Origin: a virus
Virus record (IMG/VR): IMGVR_UViG_3300028327_000585
Length of the DNA: 64,000 nt
Direction: 5' to 3' (one strand)
A program made the translations under genes and the position numbers. Shown here in pieces: positions 54,881-64,000 of this stretch. A model generated the notes under the pieces. That model did no database searches and had not been told where the DNA came from. It saw nothing but the letters and a program-made list of their open reading frames with translations. Positions within the stretch are counted from its first letter, which is position 1. Each line of letters opens with the position of its first letter.

Positions 54881-55201
54881 CTATCCTTGATCCAAATAGA
54901 GAATGTTTTTCTCTAGAGAAAAGTTGGCGACAAAGAAATCGCCTATTATTGGAGGGCTTTCCAGGCTTCTTCCGCATATAGAACCAAAATACTCCTCATA
55001 TATCGGAGCTGGGAGCGCAAGCAATTTAAGAACATAATCCTTGTCAACCTTAATGGTATAAGGCACGCTATCGGCAAAAGGGAGAGTCATAAACATCGGA
55101 AATCGAAGGCGATACGCAATCCTAACTTCAACATCCTCTCTCTTGATTAAATCAAGCATTTCACTGGTGTTTACAATCGGTATTAGATTTTCGTTTTTCA
55201 A
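54881..55201 (-). CDS. Hypothetical protein
   Basis: 106 aa; strong SD GGAGGAGG within the acidic tail of the upstream gene. Confidence 0.6.
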   Translation of the reverse strand: MKNENLIPIVNTSEMLDLIKREDVEVRIAYRLRFPMFMTLPFADSVPYTIKVDKDYVLKLLALPAPIYEEYFGSICGRSLESPPIIGDFFVANFSLEKNILYLDQG

Positions 55202-56271
55202 TCCTCCTCCTCGCTGCCATCCTCATCTTCGTCATCGCCGCTACCCTCAATATCCTCATCATTATCTTCATCGTCCTCAATATCCTCGTCATCATCGTCC
55301 TCGACTTCGTTGTCGTTCCTGTACATCTCCACTTCCTGACCCAAATACTCAAAGACCATCGGTTTCTCCCCCTCGTCTTTATAGTCGGCAATGTTCATAA
55401 GGGTCTCAATGCCCTTAAACTGCGTGGAGTTTCTAAGACCGCTTATGCCTGCCCCATTAATCACGTCCTCAATCTTGAGGAAGTCTATCTCTGGATCGAA
55501 ATGGATTTTAACTCTTATGCACTCGCCTTCGTCAATCATGGAGAGCGAAAACGTTGGTTTTTGTCCAATAGCCATAGTTCTCCTTGGTAAAATATCGGGG
55601 TTTATATCTTTGACCATCATATAGAGGTCAATCTTCCCCAGATAATTGAAAATCAGCAACACCTCTTCGTTGACTTCTTCTCCGTTGAGTTCATGAAGAA
55701 ACGCGAGTTGCGTAAAAGTGTTGTACCTAGGCGCGTTGCGCCCCAGCGTGTTCCTGTATTTATCCTCAATGTTCATGCCTTTTTGCGTTGGGCATGGCAG
55801 ATCATAAAAGAACACGCGGTGATCAACTTCCCTGAATCCGGGATAATCTTCCGACGCTCTCAGTGCGATATACTCGTTGTTACAATCGTAACCCCGCATG
55901 ATGGCGTTAGCCAGAGTTCTCTTTGTCTCGCTACCTGAGTCGATATTGACTTCGGCCCATTCTTTGCGTTCCTCAACGTAAAGCGCGTGGGCCGCTTCCT
56001 CAAGCTCTCTGCTTTTAAGCGGAGGGTAAAACGCGGCAGGGTCTTTGAGTACAATGTCCCGCAGTTGTTCCATGAAAGATTCGGGTTTGTCGCAATAGCA
56101 CAAAACCTTGCCCTTCTTAGTCCTGATAAAGGTCGGGTTCTGCAATGAGGAAACCTTGACCTTACCGTACGGCAAATTTTTGTAGTGCCCCCGATAGTGA
56201 ACAATGCACCTGCCAAAGGGCCTCCCCTGGCAGGTCAGACGAGTGTCGTTAATGGCAATGAGCATGGACAA
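55198..56271 (-). CDS. Hypothetical protein with very acidic tail; possible RAMP/Cas7-like fold
   Basis: The CDS is clear. The fold guess rests on N-terminal RLTCQGRPFG, MIDEGECIRVKI and the G-loop-like AGISGLRNS. Confidence 0.45.
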   Translation of the reverse strand: MSMLIAINDTRLTCQGRPFGRCIVHYRGHYKNLPYGKVKVSSLQNPTFIRTKKGKVLCYCDKPESFMEQLRDIVLKDPAAFYPPLKSRELEEAAHALYVEERKEWAEVNIDSGSETKRTLANAIMRGYDCNNEYIALRASEDYPGFREVDHRVFFYDLPCPTQKGMNIEDKYRNTLGRNAPRYNTFTQLAFLHELNGEEVNEEVLLIFNYLGKIDLYMMVKDINPDILPRRTMAIGQKPTFSLSMIDEGECIRVKIHFDPEIDFLKIEDVINGAGISGLRNSTQFKGIETLMNIADYKDEGEKPMVFEYLGQEVEMYRNDNEVEDDDDEDIEDDEDNDEDIEGSGDDEDEDGSEEED

Positions 56272-56273
56272 TC

Positions 56274-57092
56274 TTACGCAAAGTCAGGAAAAAGGTCTTT
56301 CTCTTCTGTTGAGCTTGAGTCCGCTTCTTTGGGCGCTTCGGTTGGGATCACGGGAACCGTGACCTTCACTTTCTGCGGTTGCGTGAATTTCCGGCCCATT
56401 CCGGCCTCAAGCTGAGACGGACTGTGTTTGCTGCTGAGCCTGACAGTGGGGATTCGGGTCTGCTTGTCTTTGACGATTGCGGACTCGAATTCCAGTTCAA
56501 GGTCAACTTCGAGACCGTTCAAATCTTGTGTGTAGTCATACAGGTTTTTGAGGTTATCCCTCAATTTACGTATCGAATTCCAACTGTGTGTGACAAATCT
56601 CCAGTGTCCGCCGCTCACAGGAGCGTGCTCGAAACGGAATTTGAGTATCGCGTATGGATTGCACTTTGGTTTTGCGGTTGCCGCCGCATACGGGCAGAGG
56701 TCTCTGTCGCACTCCACCTGGACAGGCTTCCCATCCACAATCCGCGTGGCTGTCTTAAAATCGGTGCATCTGCACATGCAGTTCTGCCCCGGCCAATAAG
56801 CGTACCCTGCGTGCAGCACCTCGTCCGGTTTGTGGTTCCCCAGAATAATCGTTATCTTCTGAGGTTTCTCGCCGTGCAGTTGTGCAAGAACCCTGTTCAT
56901 CTCTGTATGTTTACGGGCTGTGGCTTCGTCGCTCGCTTTTTTAAATGGGTAAGTGGCGATAAAATAGTCCAGTTTGGCGGGGTACAGACTGCCTTTTTCG
57001 GATTTCTTTTTCTCTCCTATACGGACGTAGCCGTCGATGGAGCCGCCGGGGCCGAATGGATCTTCTTCACACATGGATGTACTCCGGTTCAA
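56274..57092 (-). CDS. Gp3-like ('recombination directionality factor-like') phage recombination protein
   Basis: GYVRIGEKK...YPAKLDYF, CRC...C...CP...CNP, WRFVTHSWNS. Confidence 0.65.
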   Translation of the reverse strand: MNRSTSMCEEDPFGPGGSIDGYVRIGEKKKSEKGSLYPAKLDYFIATYPFKKASDEATARKHTEMNRVLAQLHGEKPQKITIILGNHKPDEVLHAGYAYWPGQNCMCRCTDFKTATRIVDGKPVQVECDRDLCPYAAATAKPKCNPYAILKFRFEHAPVSGGHWRFVTHSWNSIRKLRDNLKNLYDYTQDLNGLEVDLELEFESAIVKDKQTRIPTVRLSSKHSPSQLEAGMGRKFTQPQKVKVTVPVIPTEAPKEADSSSTEEKDLFPDFA

Positions 57093-58317
57093 ATTCTTTC
57101 AGTTGCGAGACAAAGTTCGCCAACATACCGGATTTGTCGTCAACGGTAATCGTTCCAAATAGCTGGACACCTTCGCAGCTTTTAATAAATTTCGCAACGC
57201 CGTCCGGGACGCCCAACGCCTCCAGATTGTCAATGAAAATGGTGTTGTTCTTAGGAAAGAGCCATCTTACGAGAGCGTAGCACCCTTTTATCTGCACATA
57301 TTTCGGGCATTCATAAAGAGGAATATTATTATATAAAAATACGCCGTCGCTCATAACAATCCCCTTAAAAGGAGTCTGCCCGTTGGCGATTGCGGAATAC
57401 AGCGCGTCAACATCAATTGAGGGCGAGGACGCGGAGAGTTTGTCCATCTCTTCCTGAATGTGAGCGATTGTGGAATGGAGCGCGTCAACATCAATTCCCG
57501 TCTCTTTCTGAATCTTGGATAAATCGCTGACCTTGCACGCTTTCATCACCTCAAGCACTGAATCGCGTTTCAAACTCAGTAGCTGCAATTCTTCATAACG
57601 CTTCGCGTCACGCCTCAGTTTTTCGGAAAGATCGCGGCTTCTTATGACTTCGGCGTATGTGGCCTGCTTCTTTTTAGATGTGGTGCTTTGGGCATATGCT
57701 TCTTCTGCCTTGTGCACCGCTTCGTCCTGATCTTTGACGTGCTTTGCCGTCACTTCTTCCGCGTCTTTCAGCGGCCCCATCAGCTCATCTATTTCTTTCA
57801 GCGAAAGCAGGTATCTCTGGGAGTTCCTCAAGTCCGCCAGCTTGATTTGATCTTCCCTGTTGTTCGCGTGATCCTCAAGCCACGTCTTAGGGTTCTTTCT
57901 GAACGCAGCAGTATCAGAGACGGAAGCCGCTTCGAGCACCGCGTCATCAAGTGACGCCAATAGTCTGTTTTCAACCATCTGACGAATTTCGGTTTTTTTA
58001 GTAGAATCCAGCAATAGCAGAGGATTAAAGATATAATCAGGATAGTGGCTCCTAACAGAATCAAAATCCCCAGAGCCATCAGCGCCAGCAGGTACAGGAT
58101 GAAAATTAAAGCGTCCATCTTTATACGTCTCTATAAATTTATTGTCATGGGTTGTAACTCTTACCTTGTCAAAGTTACCTTCGAGCGTAAAACATTGTCG
58201 GAATGCTTTTAATATTCTACTCTTTCCCGAACCGCTTGGCCCAATAAATATAGTAATGGGCTTACATTTAATTTTTTGGTGAATATCACCAATTTTATAT
58301 TGGATAGTCTGAATCAT
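57067..58317 (-). CDS. SMC/Rad50-like AAA ATPase
   Basis: Walker A IGPSGSGKS, central coiled coil, Walker B/D-loop IFIDNLEAL. Confidence 0.75.
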   Translation of the reverse strand: MIQTIQYKIGDIHQKIKCKPITIFIGPSGSGKSRILKAFRQCFTLEGNFDKVRVTTHDNKFIETYKDGRFNFHPVPAGADGSGDFDSVRSHYPDYIFNPLLLLDSTKKTEIRQMVENRLLASLDDAVLEAASVSDTAAFRKNPKTWLEDHANNREDQIKLADLRNSQRYLLSLKEIDELMGPLKDAEEVTAKHVKDQDEAVHKAEEAYAQSTTSKKKQATYAEVIRSRDLSEKLRRDAKRYEELQLLSLKRDSVLEVMKACKVSDLSKIQKETGIDVDALHSTIAHIQEEMDKLSASSPSIDVDALYSAIANGQTPFKGIVMSDGVFLYNNIPLYECPKYVQIKGCYALVRWLFPKNNTIFIDNLEALGVPDGVAKFIKSCEGVQLFGTITVDDKSGMLANFVSQLKEFEPEYIHV

Positions 58318-61300
58318 GTTTTAGTCCTGTTATATTCTGTCATCAGAACGTCGTAATCAATAGACATAAATTCGTCCTCCTCGCTAAAAAATTTTGACCC
58401 CGGCGGCGGGCTTCTCAAAACTTTTTCAAGCAGACCTGTTTCAAGCCCGTCATCTCTGAATCTACCGGCGACTAAATCCGTGTTGCCGGACATTTGCCGT
58501 AACTTCTGTTGCAGAGCGTTTTCGGCGACAATTAAAATCTTCCGTCCGACATCGGGATAGGTTACATCAATCAATGTGACGCCCATATTTGGGTTTCCGT
58601 GATACGCCCATCTTTCGTTGGGCTGGTCGCCCCTGTATGTAGCTATTTCGACTTTCTTTGAGATTATAAGCTCTCCAAGATACTTGGCTATGCTTGTCAT
58701 TGACGAATGTTTCTGGACTTGCTGAACCTGCTCGAATATTCCGGTGTCCCAATAGGCCGCGTATTCCTCAAGGCTTCGTCTAGCCGCGTCACGAGAAACG
58801 TAACCGCTGTCGACCATGAAAGCGCATATGCGATCAAACGCCGCCACCAGACGGGTTACCATGTGAACCGTTCTGTAAGAGTTCTCGCCGCCCGTAACCT
58901 TTTGAAGATAATGGTCGTACCATTTCTTCATGGTTTTGACGTAGGGGAAACCTTCCTGCGACTGTTCCCAGGCGATCATTCGCGGCATAAAGCCATGCAG
59001 CAGACATTTCTTGGTTTTGATCTTGCCGTTGAGCAATATCGGGGAATACAGATCGTCAAGATGAACCTTTCGCCTTACGGCCTCTGTTGTCTCACTTCGC
59101 GGAACACGTATAATTATCATGCGGCTCGCGATTGATTCCGGTATATTCCGGGGCTTCGCCTCTGATGTAACAATGGCGGAGCACTTGACCTTGACGTCGC
59201 CGCGTGAGACGGCGGAACTGCTCAAACGGCCTCTGGTGGAACCGCCATACAGCGTGTTGAAGATTCTCACAAGCGGCTCCATTGTAGGAAACAACTCGTT
59301 TTTCAATTCGTCGAGCGGCGCTGTAATCGTGCCGCACTTAATGAACAAGTTGTCCATATAATTCGTTGTGTTGTCCCAACTGAACAGGTCATTCTGGGTA
59401 TTGAACTCACCAAGCAAAGCCATCGCGCAGATTGCGGCAGTGGTCTTATGACTGCCTGATCGCCCGTCCAGATAAATGGGGAAACCGTGCCCATTCGGAA
59501 TGACCGAATCGCCCATCATCTCCCTGGTGCAGCTATCGTAGTTCAAGGCCACCAGTGAATTCATGATGTGAGGCTGATGGACATGCAGCAGATGATCCCA
59601 GAATAATCCGGCGGCGTCTTTGGCCTGATCGTCGCTGATGACGCTCCACCTGAATCCGCTTTCTTCTTCGATCTCAAGTTCGGCGTGGCTTCTGAGAGAG
59701 ACGTCTATCTCTTTGTTCTCTACGACCTCCCCGCCGATTACCGAGACCTTCGGCATCAGGCAATATCTGTCGGTCGCGATCAACTGCTCCAGTTCATTCT
59801 CAAAAGACGGCCTGCCCATTGAGTTCAGCACTGTTTTGCTGACCTGCGGCTCAATGGCGTTCATCAACCCCTTGATAGCGTCCCACTTGAAGCCCGGCGC
59901 GACTTTGCAGGTATGCGTGTCGCCGATTCGAGCCACGAATTCCTCAAGTTTTTTGGGGTCTGTTATCTTGTCAACTTCCGCTATCCCTGTGCCTATGGCT
60001 TCGCCGTTTCTAAATAATTCCAGACGATAAAATTTCTTGCGCTCGCGGTCATACACGTTATACTCGGTGATAACGTACTTCATGCACAAAAAGAAATTCG
60101 TCATCGTCTTATGGCCTATAGGCAGTTTGTCGTCGTTGAATTCCGTCTGGCAGACGTGGTACTTGTCGTTGATAAAATACGGCCCCCAATGCGCTTCACG
60201 GGCGCGTTTGAGGGCTGAGGTCGCTTCTTTGTTTATGCCGCTGACCTTATCAATTGTTTCCGTTTGATACTCATTCAGGCGTTTTTTGACATTGCCGATC
60301 ATCTGGAGTTTCGAGGTGTCCCGATTGTCTGAATCAGAAATGTGGGAGATTACCTGGTTGACGAGACCGACGGCAAATCGGTACAAATTAACCTCCGACA
60401 GGTCGCGCAGTTTTTCCGCTTTGTAATCCACACTTTTGAGATAATCAGCCAGATCGAATTTGTCGAACACGCTGTCAAGCTGCCCCCAGTCAACCAAATG
60501 AAAATCCAGACACTCCAGTTGCCCCTGCAAATGGGAGGATGCCTGGAACACCGGGTGATCCTCCACCTTGGTGTAAAGGTCAACCGTTGAGAGGTCATAG
60601 TCGGGATAGTACAGGAGAGACGGCAGTTGGCCCTGCATCATTTCCACATTCGTCATTCTGGGGCCTGTGCAGTAAATTCCGCACAGCGCGTTGTCAAGGT
60701 ATGCCGCAAGGTCTTTGCCGCCCTCTCTGTATGCCGCTATAGCGTAGGCTATGATGTTGCCCTCGCCCTCGACCATTCTGATCCGTGACTTTTTGTGGCG
60801 TCTGGAGAATCGCTGAAAATTGTAAAACGCCGCTTGTCCCGTCGGCTCCCATGTCGCGAAGTTTTTTTTACTGACATGCCGGAATTTTATCCCGACCAGC
60901 GCACCGGCGAAATTGTAGAGAGGAAAAGCTATCGCGCTGTATTCAAACTCATAGGAAAAAATCATGGTTTCAGACAGCTTCAGATCATTCAGATAATCCA
61001 CTACTTTTTGATGCCCCGGACAAATCCCGATGTTCACGGCGTCCAGAAACACGCGGTCGACAGGCATGTCTCTTGTCTTGAAATAGCCCATCATGGACGG
61101 GTGCGACTGGCCTTCCGTATTACAAAACCTGTTTGCCTCTTCTTTGCACAGCTCCCAGACATATCGTATAGCCTCACCAAGATGGGCGGCATTTAAACCC
61201 TTTTGTCCTTTGTATAATTCCATGGGGAACTCTCGCCCCAGTTTTTCACATAACCATTTAACTGCTTCAGGTTTTGATATGCAGGTCTGCGTGGCTAATA

Positions 61301-61574
61301 ATAAATCAATAGCGTCATAAGTCCTGGGTTTTCCATTATCCCATTTCTCCGTAAAATCGGTAAGTATATGAGGATGTCCACTATGATACGCCAAACTCGG
61401 AGTATGGTCGTCTCTCCAGACGCACCTTGCCCTGAGACGTGATTTCTCATCCTGAAACATCTCATTTGTCAGCTCTGTGTACAGCGATTTTATATCAATA
61501 GAATGCTTTAAATTGGTCTCAAACTCATTTCGTTGTACAAACAGAGCCTCTTTTAGACTAGCGCTTGGAGGCAT
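58314..61574 (-). CDS. Primase-helicase-like replication protein (Zn-binding + TOPRIM + DUF927-like ATPase)
   Basis: RCVWRDDHTPSL, GIKFRH, VEGEGN, DGRSGSHKTT, PLDEL, IVTSE. Confidence 0.75.
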   Translation of the reverse strand: MPPSASLKEALFVQRNEFETNLKHSIDIKSLYTELTNEMFQDEKSRLRARCVWRDDHTPSLAYHSGHPHILTDFTEKWDNGKPRTYDAIDLLLATQTCISKPEAVKWLCEKLGREFPMELYKGQKGLNAAHLGEAIRYVWELCKEEANRFCNTEGQSHPSMMGYFKTRDMPVDRVFLDAVNIGICPGHQKVVDYLNDLKLSETMIFSYEFEYSAIAFPLYNFAGALVGIKFRHVSKKNFATWEPTGQAAFYNFQRFSRRHKKSRIRMVEGEGNIIAYAIAAYREGGKDLAAYLDNALCGIYCTGPRMTNVEMMQGQLPSLLYYPDYDLSTVDLYTKVEDHPVFQASSHLQGQLECLDFHLVDWGQLDSVFDKFDLADYLKSVDYKAEKLRDLSEVNLYRFAVGLVNQVISHISDSDNRDTSKLQMIGNVKKRLNEYQTETIDKVSGINKEATSALKRAREAHWGPYFINDKYHVCQTEFNDDKLPIGHKTMTNFFLCMKYVITEYNVYDRERKKFYRLELFRNGEAIGTGIAEVDKITDPKKLEEFVARIGDTHTCKVAPGFKWDAIKGLMNAIEPQVSKTVLNSMGRPSFENELEQLIATDRYCLMPKVSVIGGEVVENKEIDVSLRSHAELEIEEESGFRWSVISDDQAKDAAGLFWDHLLHVHQPHIMNSLVALNYDSCTREMMGDSVIPNGHGFPIYLDGRSGSHKTTAAICAMALLGEFNTQNDLFSWDNTTNYMDNLFIKCGTITAPLDELKNELFPTMEPLVRIFNTLYGGSTRGRLSSSAVSRGDVKVKCSAIVTSEAKPRNIPESIASRMIIIRVPRSETTEAVRRKVHLDDLYSPILLNGKIKTKKCLLHGFMPRMIAWEQSQEGFPYVKTMKKWYDHYLQKVTGGENSYRTVHMVTRLVAAFDRICAFMVDSGYVSRDAARRSLEEYAAYWDTGIFEQVQQVQKHSSMTSIAKYLGELIISKKVEIATYRGDQPNERWAYHGNPNMGVTLIDVTYPDVGRKILIVAENALQQKLRQMSGNTDLVAGRFRDDGLETGLLEKVLRSPPPGSKFFSEEDEFMSIDYDVLMTEYNRTKT

Positions 61575-61617
61575 AAAATACCATTGGGGTCTTTTAGTTT
61601 ATCAAAAAATCAGAGAA

Positions 61618-62190
61618 CTAACCGCAAAATTTTTCACTTTCTCTGAATACGCTCAAACGTTCTACTCCAAGCTTCTTCAGATACTCCTCTGTTATTGGTT
61701 CCTTATGCCACTTGATGCCCCTGGCTAAATATAGCGGAATCCAATGCGACGTATAGAAGTCATATCCAGCGCCATTGATTCCAAAGACATATTCGTAATC
61801 CTCGGATTCAAACACCATGAATCCGCACTTAGCCAAAGCCTCTAAGCCTTCATGGGTTTTTACCCATTCTGTGTCAAGCCATGAGCCAAAACTCCATAAT
61901 GTCCCCCACATGGGAAATTGATCTTTATCTGTATTGAGATCCCCTGAGTCAAATTCTCCCGGTTCTTCTTCATCGTCTAATTTGACAAGGTATGAACCTC
62001 TCCCAAGATCCTTAACTATTGTCCCCTCAACTATAGAGCCATTTTTATACACAGTAACGTCTTCTCCATCAAAATGAGGGGTGATATTGTAAAAATCATC
62101 TTCATTTTGTTTTATCAGCTTTTCTATAACCGAAGCCGGAATACTATTAAATTCTCCAACCCATTTCTGGGTTGCTTCCATGAGATTCAA
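61618..62190 (-). CDS. Conserved hypothetical phage protein
   Basis: FPMWGTLW...GINGAGYDFY..HWIPLY. Confidence 0.7.
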   Translation of the reverse strand: MNLMEATQKWVGEFNSIPASVIEKLIKQNEDDFYNITPHFDGEDVTVYKNGSIVEGTIVKDLGRGSYLVKLDDEEEPGEFDSGDLNTDKDQFPMWGTLWSFGSWLDTEWVKTHEGLEALAKCGFMVFESEDYEYVFGINGAGYDFYTSHWIPLYLARGIKWHKEPITEEYLKKLGVERLSVFRESEKFCG

Positions 62191-62471
62191 TTTATTAACC
62201 CCCTAAGAAAAGTGCTAAAGGACAGCGTCAAAAATAAATCGACAGCGATTAAAACAGGCAGAATCTCAAAGCAATTCAAAGCAAAAACCGTCGCAAGACT
62301 TATGATTATGAGGCCGACAAAATAAGGTATTACACGTTGAGACAAACCTTTGATTTTCTCTCTGCGCACAAATCGCGACAATTCTTTTGATATTCGGATT
62401 ACTTCTTCTGAGCTGGCTTTGCGTTTGTCGCCAGACTCGTCCACAATATATACCTCTATTCTGTTTGACAT
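62187..62471 (-). CDS. Small two-TM membrane protein
   Basis: Two hydrophobic segments in the C-half. Confidence 0.55.
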   Translation of the reverse strand: MSNRIEVYIVDESGDKRKASSEEVIRISKELSRFVRREKIKGLSQRVIPYFVGLIIISLATVFALNCFEILPVLIAVDLFLTLSFSTFLRGLIN

Positions 62472-62800
62472 GGTCTAAACTCGCAAAATGGCGTGCCGGC
62501 GATTTCTATATAAATTATATCATCTTTATTGTCTTCGTCGACCAATAGGCACTTTCTTGTTTTTAGCCGAAAACCGTCAGCTTCAATTTCGCTGATTTTT
62601 GTTCCGCGAGGGCAATAAGTTTTGATGAAAGCCTTGATATTGTAATATCCTTTCAATATTTTGAGCACAGCATTATTTGTCAGTTTGTTGCCGTCAATAA
62701 CCACGTCTGTAGAATAAATATCATTGACATAGAAACCACCATCGACCTCCGCCCAGAGGTCATACGTGTACAGACGGAAACGCCCCAAATCTCTCCTCAT
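62456..62800 (-). CDS. Hypothetical phage protein
   Basis: ATG 62800 with SD AAGGTGG; FRLYTYDLW...YVND...PFCEF. Confidence 0.55.
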   Translation of the reverse strand: MRRDLGRFRLYTYDLWAEVDGGFYVNDIYSTDVVIDGNKLTNNAVLKILKGYYNIKAFIKTYCPRGTKISEIEADGFRLKTRKCLLVDEDNKDDIIYIEIAGTPFCEFRPCQTE

Positions 62801-63275
62801 ATTCCACCTTAAATTCTTCAAATATATCCCCTGGGATATTTGTAATAAGAAAATCCTCAAAATCCACCAGGGATGGCAGAAGTTTCGCAAAGTGCTTAAT
62901 CTGTTTTGGGAGGTTGCCTCCCGTAAAAAAAAGAACGCCTTGCTTCCTGTCAAAGTCCTCGCATTGCCGCATCAGATTAAAGAGTTTGCGTTTGGGAAAA
63001 TAACAGTATCCGACAAGATCGTTGGTCGTGCTGTGCCCTTCGCATTTGCAACCCACGGCGCCAAGAGCTTTAAGCATTAAAAACCACTTGCTCTCAAACT
63101 CTTCTATCCGTTGCCGGATAGCGAGCCATGTGCTGTTTGGATAGCACCAGTTGTAATAAGGTTGAGATTCCGGCACATCTTTGGTTTTAAGATCAATACC
63201 AGCATGTTCTGCGTTCAGTTCAATTATGTCGTCGCCGGAAACACGTATAAGCCAATTCACGCGTATATCAGCCAT
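62760..63275 (-). CDS. Hypothetical protein, tandem paralog of 63276-63989
   Basis: Aligns over ~155 aa (LKALG...EGH..NDLVG...PKRKLF). Confidence 0.7.
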   Translation of the reverse strand: MADIRVNWLIRVSGDDIIELNAEHAGIDLKTKDVPESQPYYNWCYPNSTWLAIRQRIEEFESKWFLMLKALGAVGCKCEGHSTTNDLVGYCYFPKRKLFNLMRQCEDFDRKQGVLFFTGGNLPKQIKHFAKLLPSLVDFEDFLITNIPGDIFEEFKVEYEERFGAFPSVHV

Positions 63276-63989
63276 CTACGTCTCCACACCAAGAACAAGG
63301 TCTGTAATTGCTTCGCGGGCGGCGTATATTATATCGCTTCTGTAACGATTGAAATTGGGGTTGTCACAAATGAAAATGTAATAGTCGTCTTTGGGCGCCT
63401 TGATTTTGGTCAATCTATCCCAAACTCTGTCGGCTACGTCAAAGCCCCATTTTTCAAAGACGTCATACTCGTCGAATATTTTTTGAGGTATATCAAAAAT
63501 CTCAAAATCAAAGTCAACCGCACTATGTAAACCATTTGCAAAACATTCGATTTCAGACGGCAATTGGTCGCCTGAACCCAAAAAACACAACTTTCGAGCA
63601 TCTCTACGAACACCGTCGCACCAGGACAGCCACTCAAAGAGCTTTCGCTTGGGGATTCTGGCGCTGCCAACAAGATCGTTAGAACTGTCGTGTCCTTCTT
63701 CTCTGTACCATGTAAAACCAAGGGCTTTAAGTATATCCGCCCATTTCCATTCAAGTTCGTCTATGCTTTTGCAGATGTCGTTCCATGTCCGGTTCCTGGA
63801 TGTGCAAGTGCGATACACTTCATTCTCCGGGACGTCCTGAGTTTCAATGTCATAGCCCAGTTCTCTGGCGTTTTCTTCGATTACGTCTTCGCTGCTCGTT
63901 GATATAGCCCAACCAACGCTCACTTCTTCGTCAAGAAGTAGGTCTTTAAGTATTGATCTACCTTTGTCCTCGTTGTTATTGCAGTCCAT
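63276..63989 (-). CDS. Hypothetical protein, tandem paralog of 62760-63275
   Basis: SD GAGG; same motifs plus a C-terminal extension. Confidence 0.7.
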   Translation of the reverse strand: MDCNNNEDKGRSILKDLLLDEEVSVGWAISTSSEDVIEENARELGYDIETQDVPENEVYRTCTSRNRTWNDICKSIDELEWKWADILKALGFTWYREEGHDSSNDLVGSARIPKRKLFEWLSWCDGVRRDARKLCFLGSGDQLPSEIECFANGLHSAVDFDFEIFDIPQKIFDEYDVFEKWGFDVADRVWDRLTKIKAPKDDYYIFICDNPNFNRYRSDIIYAAREAITDLVLGVET

Positions 63990-64000
63990 ACAGCATCCTC

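Larger units (their letters stand above)
5900..64000. mobile_element. Large integrated prophage (contractile-tail, myovirus-like); left boundary approximate, right end beyond window
   Basis: Abrupt switch from host polysaccharide genes to an integrase, followed by portal, sheath, tube, fibre and phage-type replication genes and many small hypothetical ORFs up to the window end. Confidence 0.9.

Noticed and set aside
56379-57149. 256-aa plus-strand ORF
   Set aside because: Antisense shadow of the Gp3-like gene.
1-64000. CRISPR array, TIGR-like or VIPR-like guide array, or tRNA genes
   Set aside because: All sizeable intergenic gaps were read on both strands. None shows regularly spaced repeats, a 5-nt GGY periodicity or a tRNA T-loop/cloverleaf; several gaps are instead filled by micro-ORFs. 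By-eye search only.

Overview
Bases 1-~5300 are the end of a host cell-surface polysaccharide cluster: an NAD-dependent epimerase, a sugar nucleotidyltransferase, GT8, rfbF and GT2. The cluster shows decay scars, namely a degenerate HI1419/HI1420-type toxin-antitoxin pair and an FkbM-like 3' remnant. A hairpin/MITE-rich spacer follows. From ~5.9 kb to the end of the window is the left part of a large integrated myovirus-like prophage; its right end is not in the window. It carries a tyrosine integrase, a baseplate/propeller protein, an SNF2 helicase, a sigma-70-like factor, a portal with a Zn-ribbon insert, neck and tail-completion genes, a sheath gene split by a frameshift, a tail tube and two long repeat-built fibres. 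A long minus-strand early/replication arm encodes DnaE, a DnaQ-like exonuclease, a beta-clamp-like protein, RNase H, SSB, a primase-ATPase, an SMC-like ATPase, a Gp3-like protein, a Cas4/AddB-like nuclease, a macro domain, an ATP-grasp-like protein and an SLT. No terminase, major capsid, tape measure, repressor, tRNA or CRISPR array was recognised. Most notable: (1) a 209-bp non-autonomous IS200/IS605 element with intact ends that keeps the TnpB omega-RNA region and would guide against the element-free phage allele; (2) a possible stand-alone RAMP/Cas7-like protein in the recombination operon; (3) two DUF4160/DUF2442 loci whose antitoxins contain a partial toxin domain; (4) a recurring -10 box 5-6 nt before ATG (leaderless) on late-type genes; (5) unannotated micro-ORFs (three related membrane peptides and a 50% acidic peptide). 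All family calls come from motif recognition by eye; no database searches were run.
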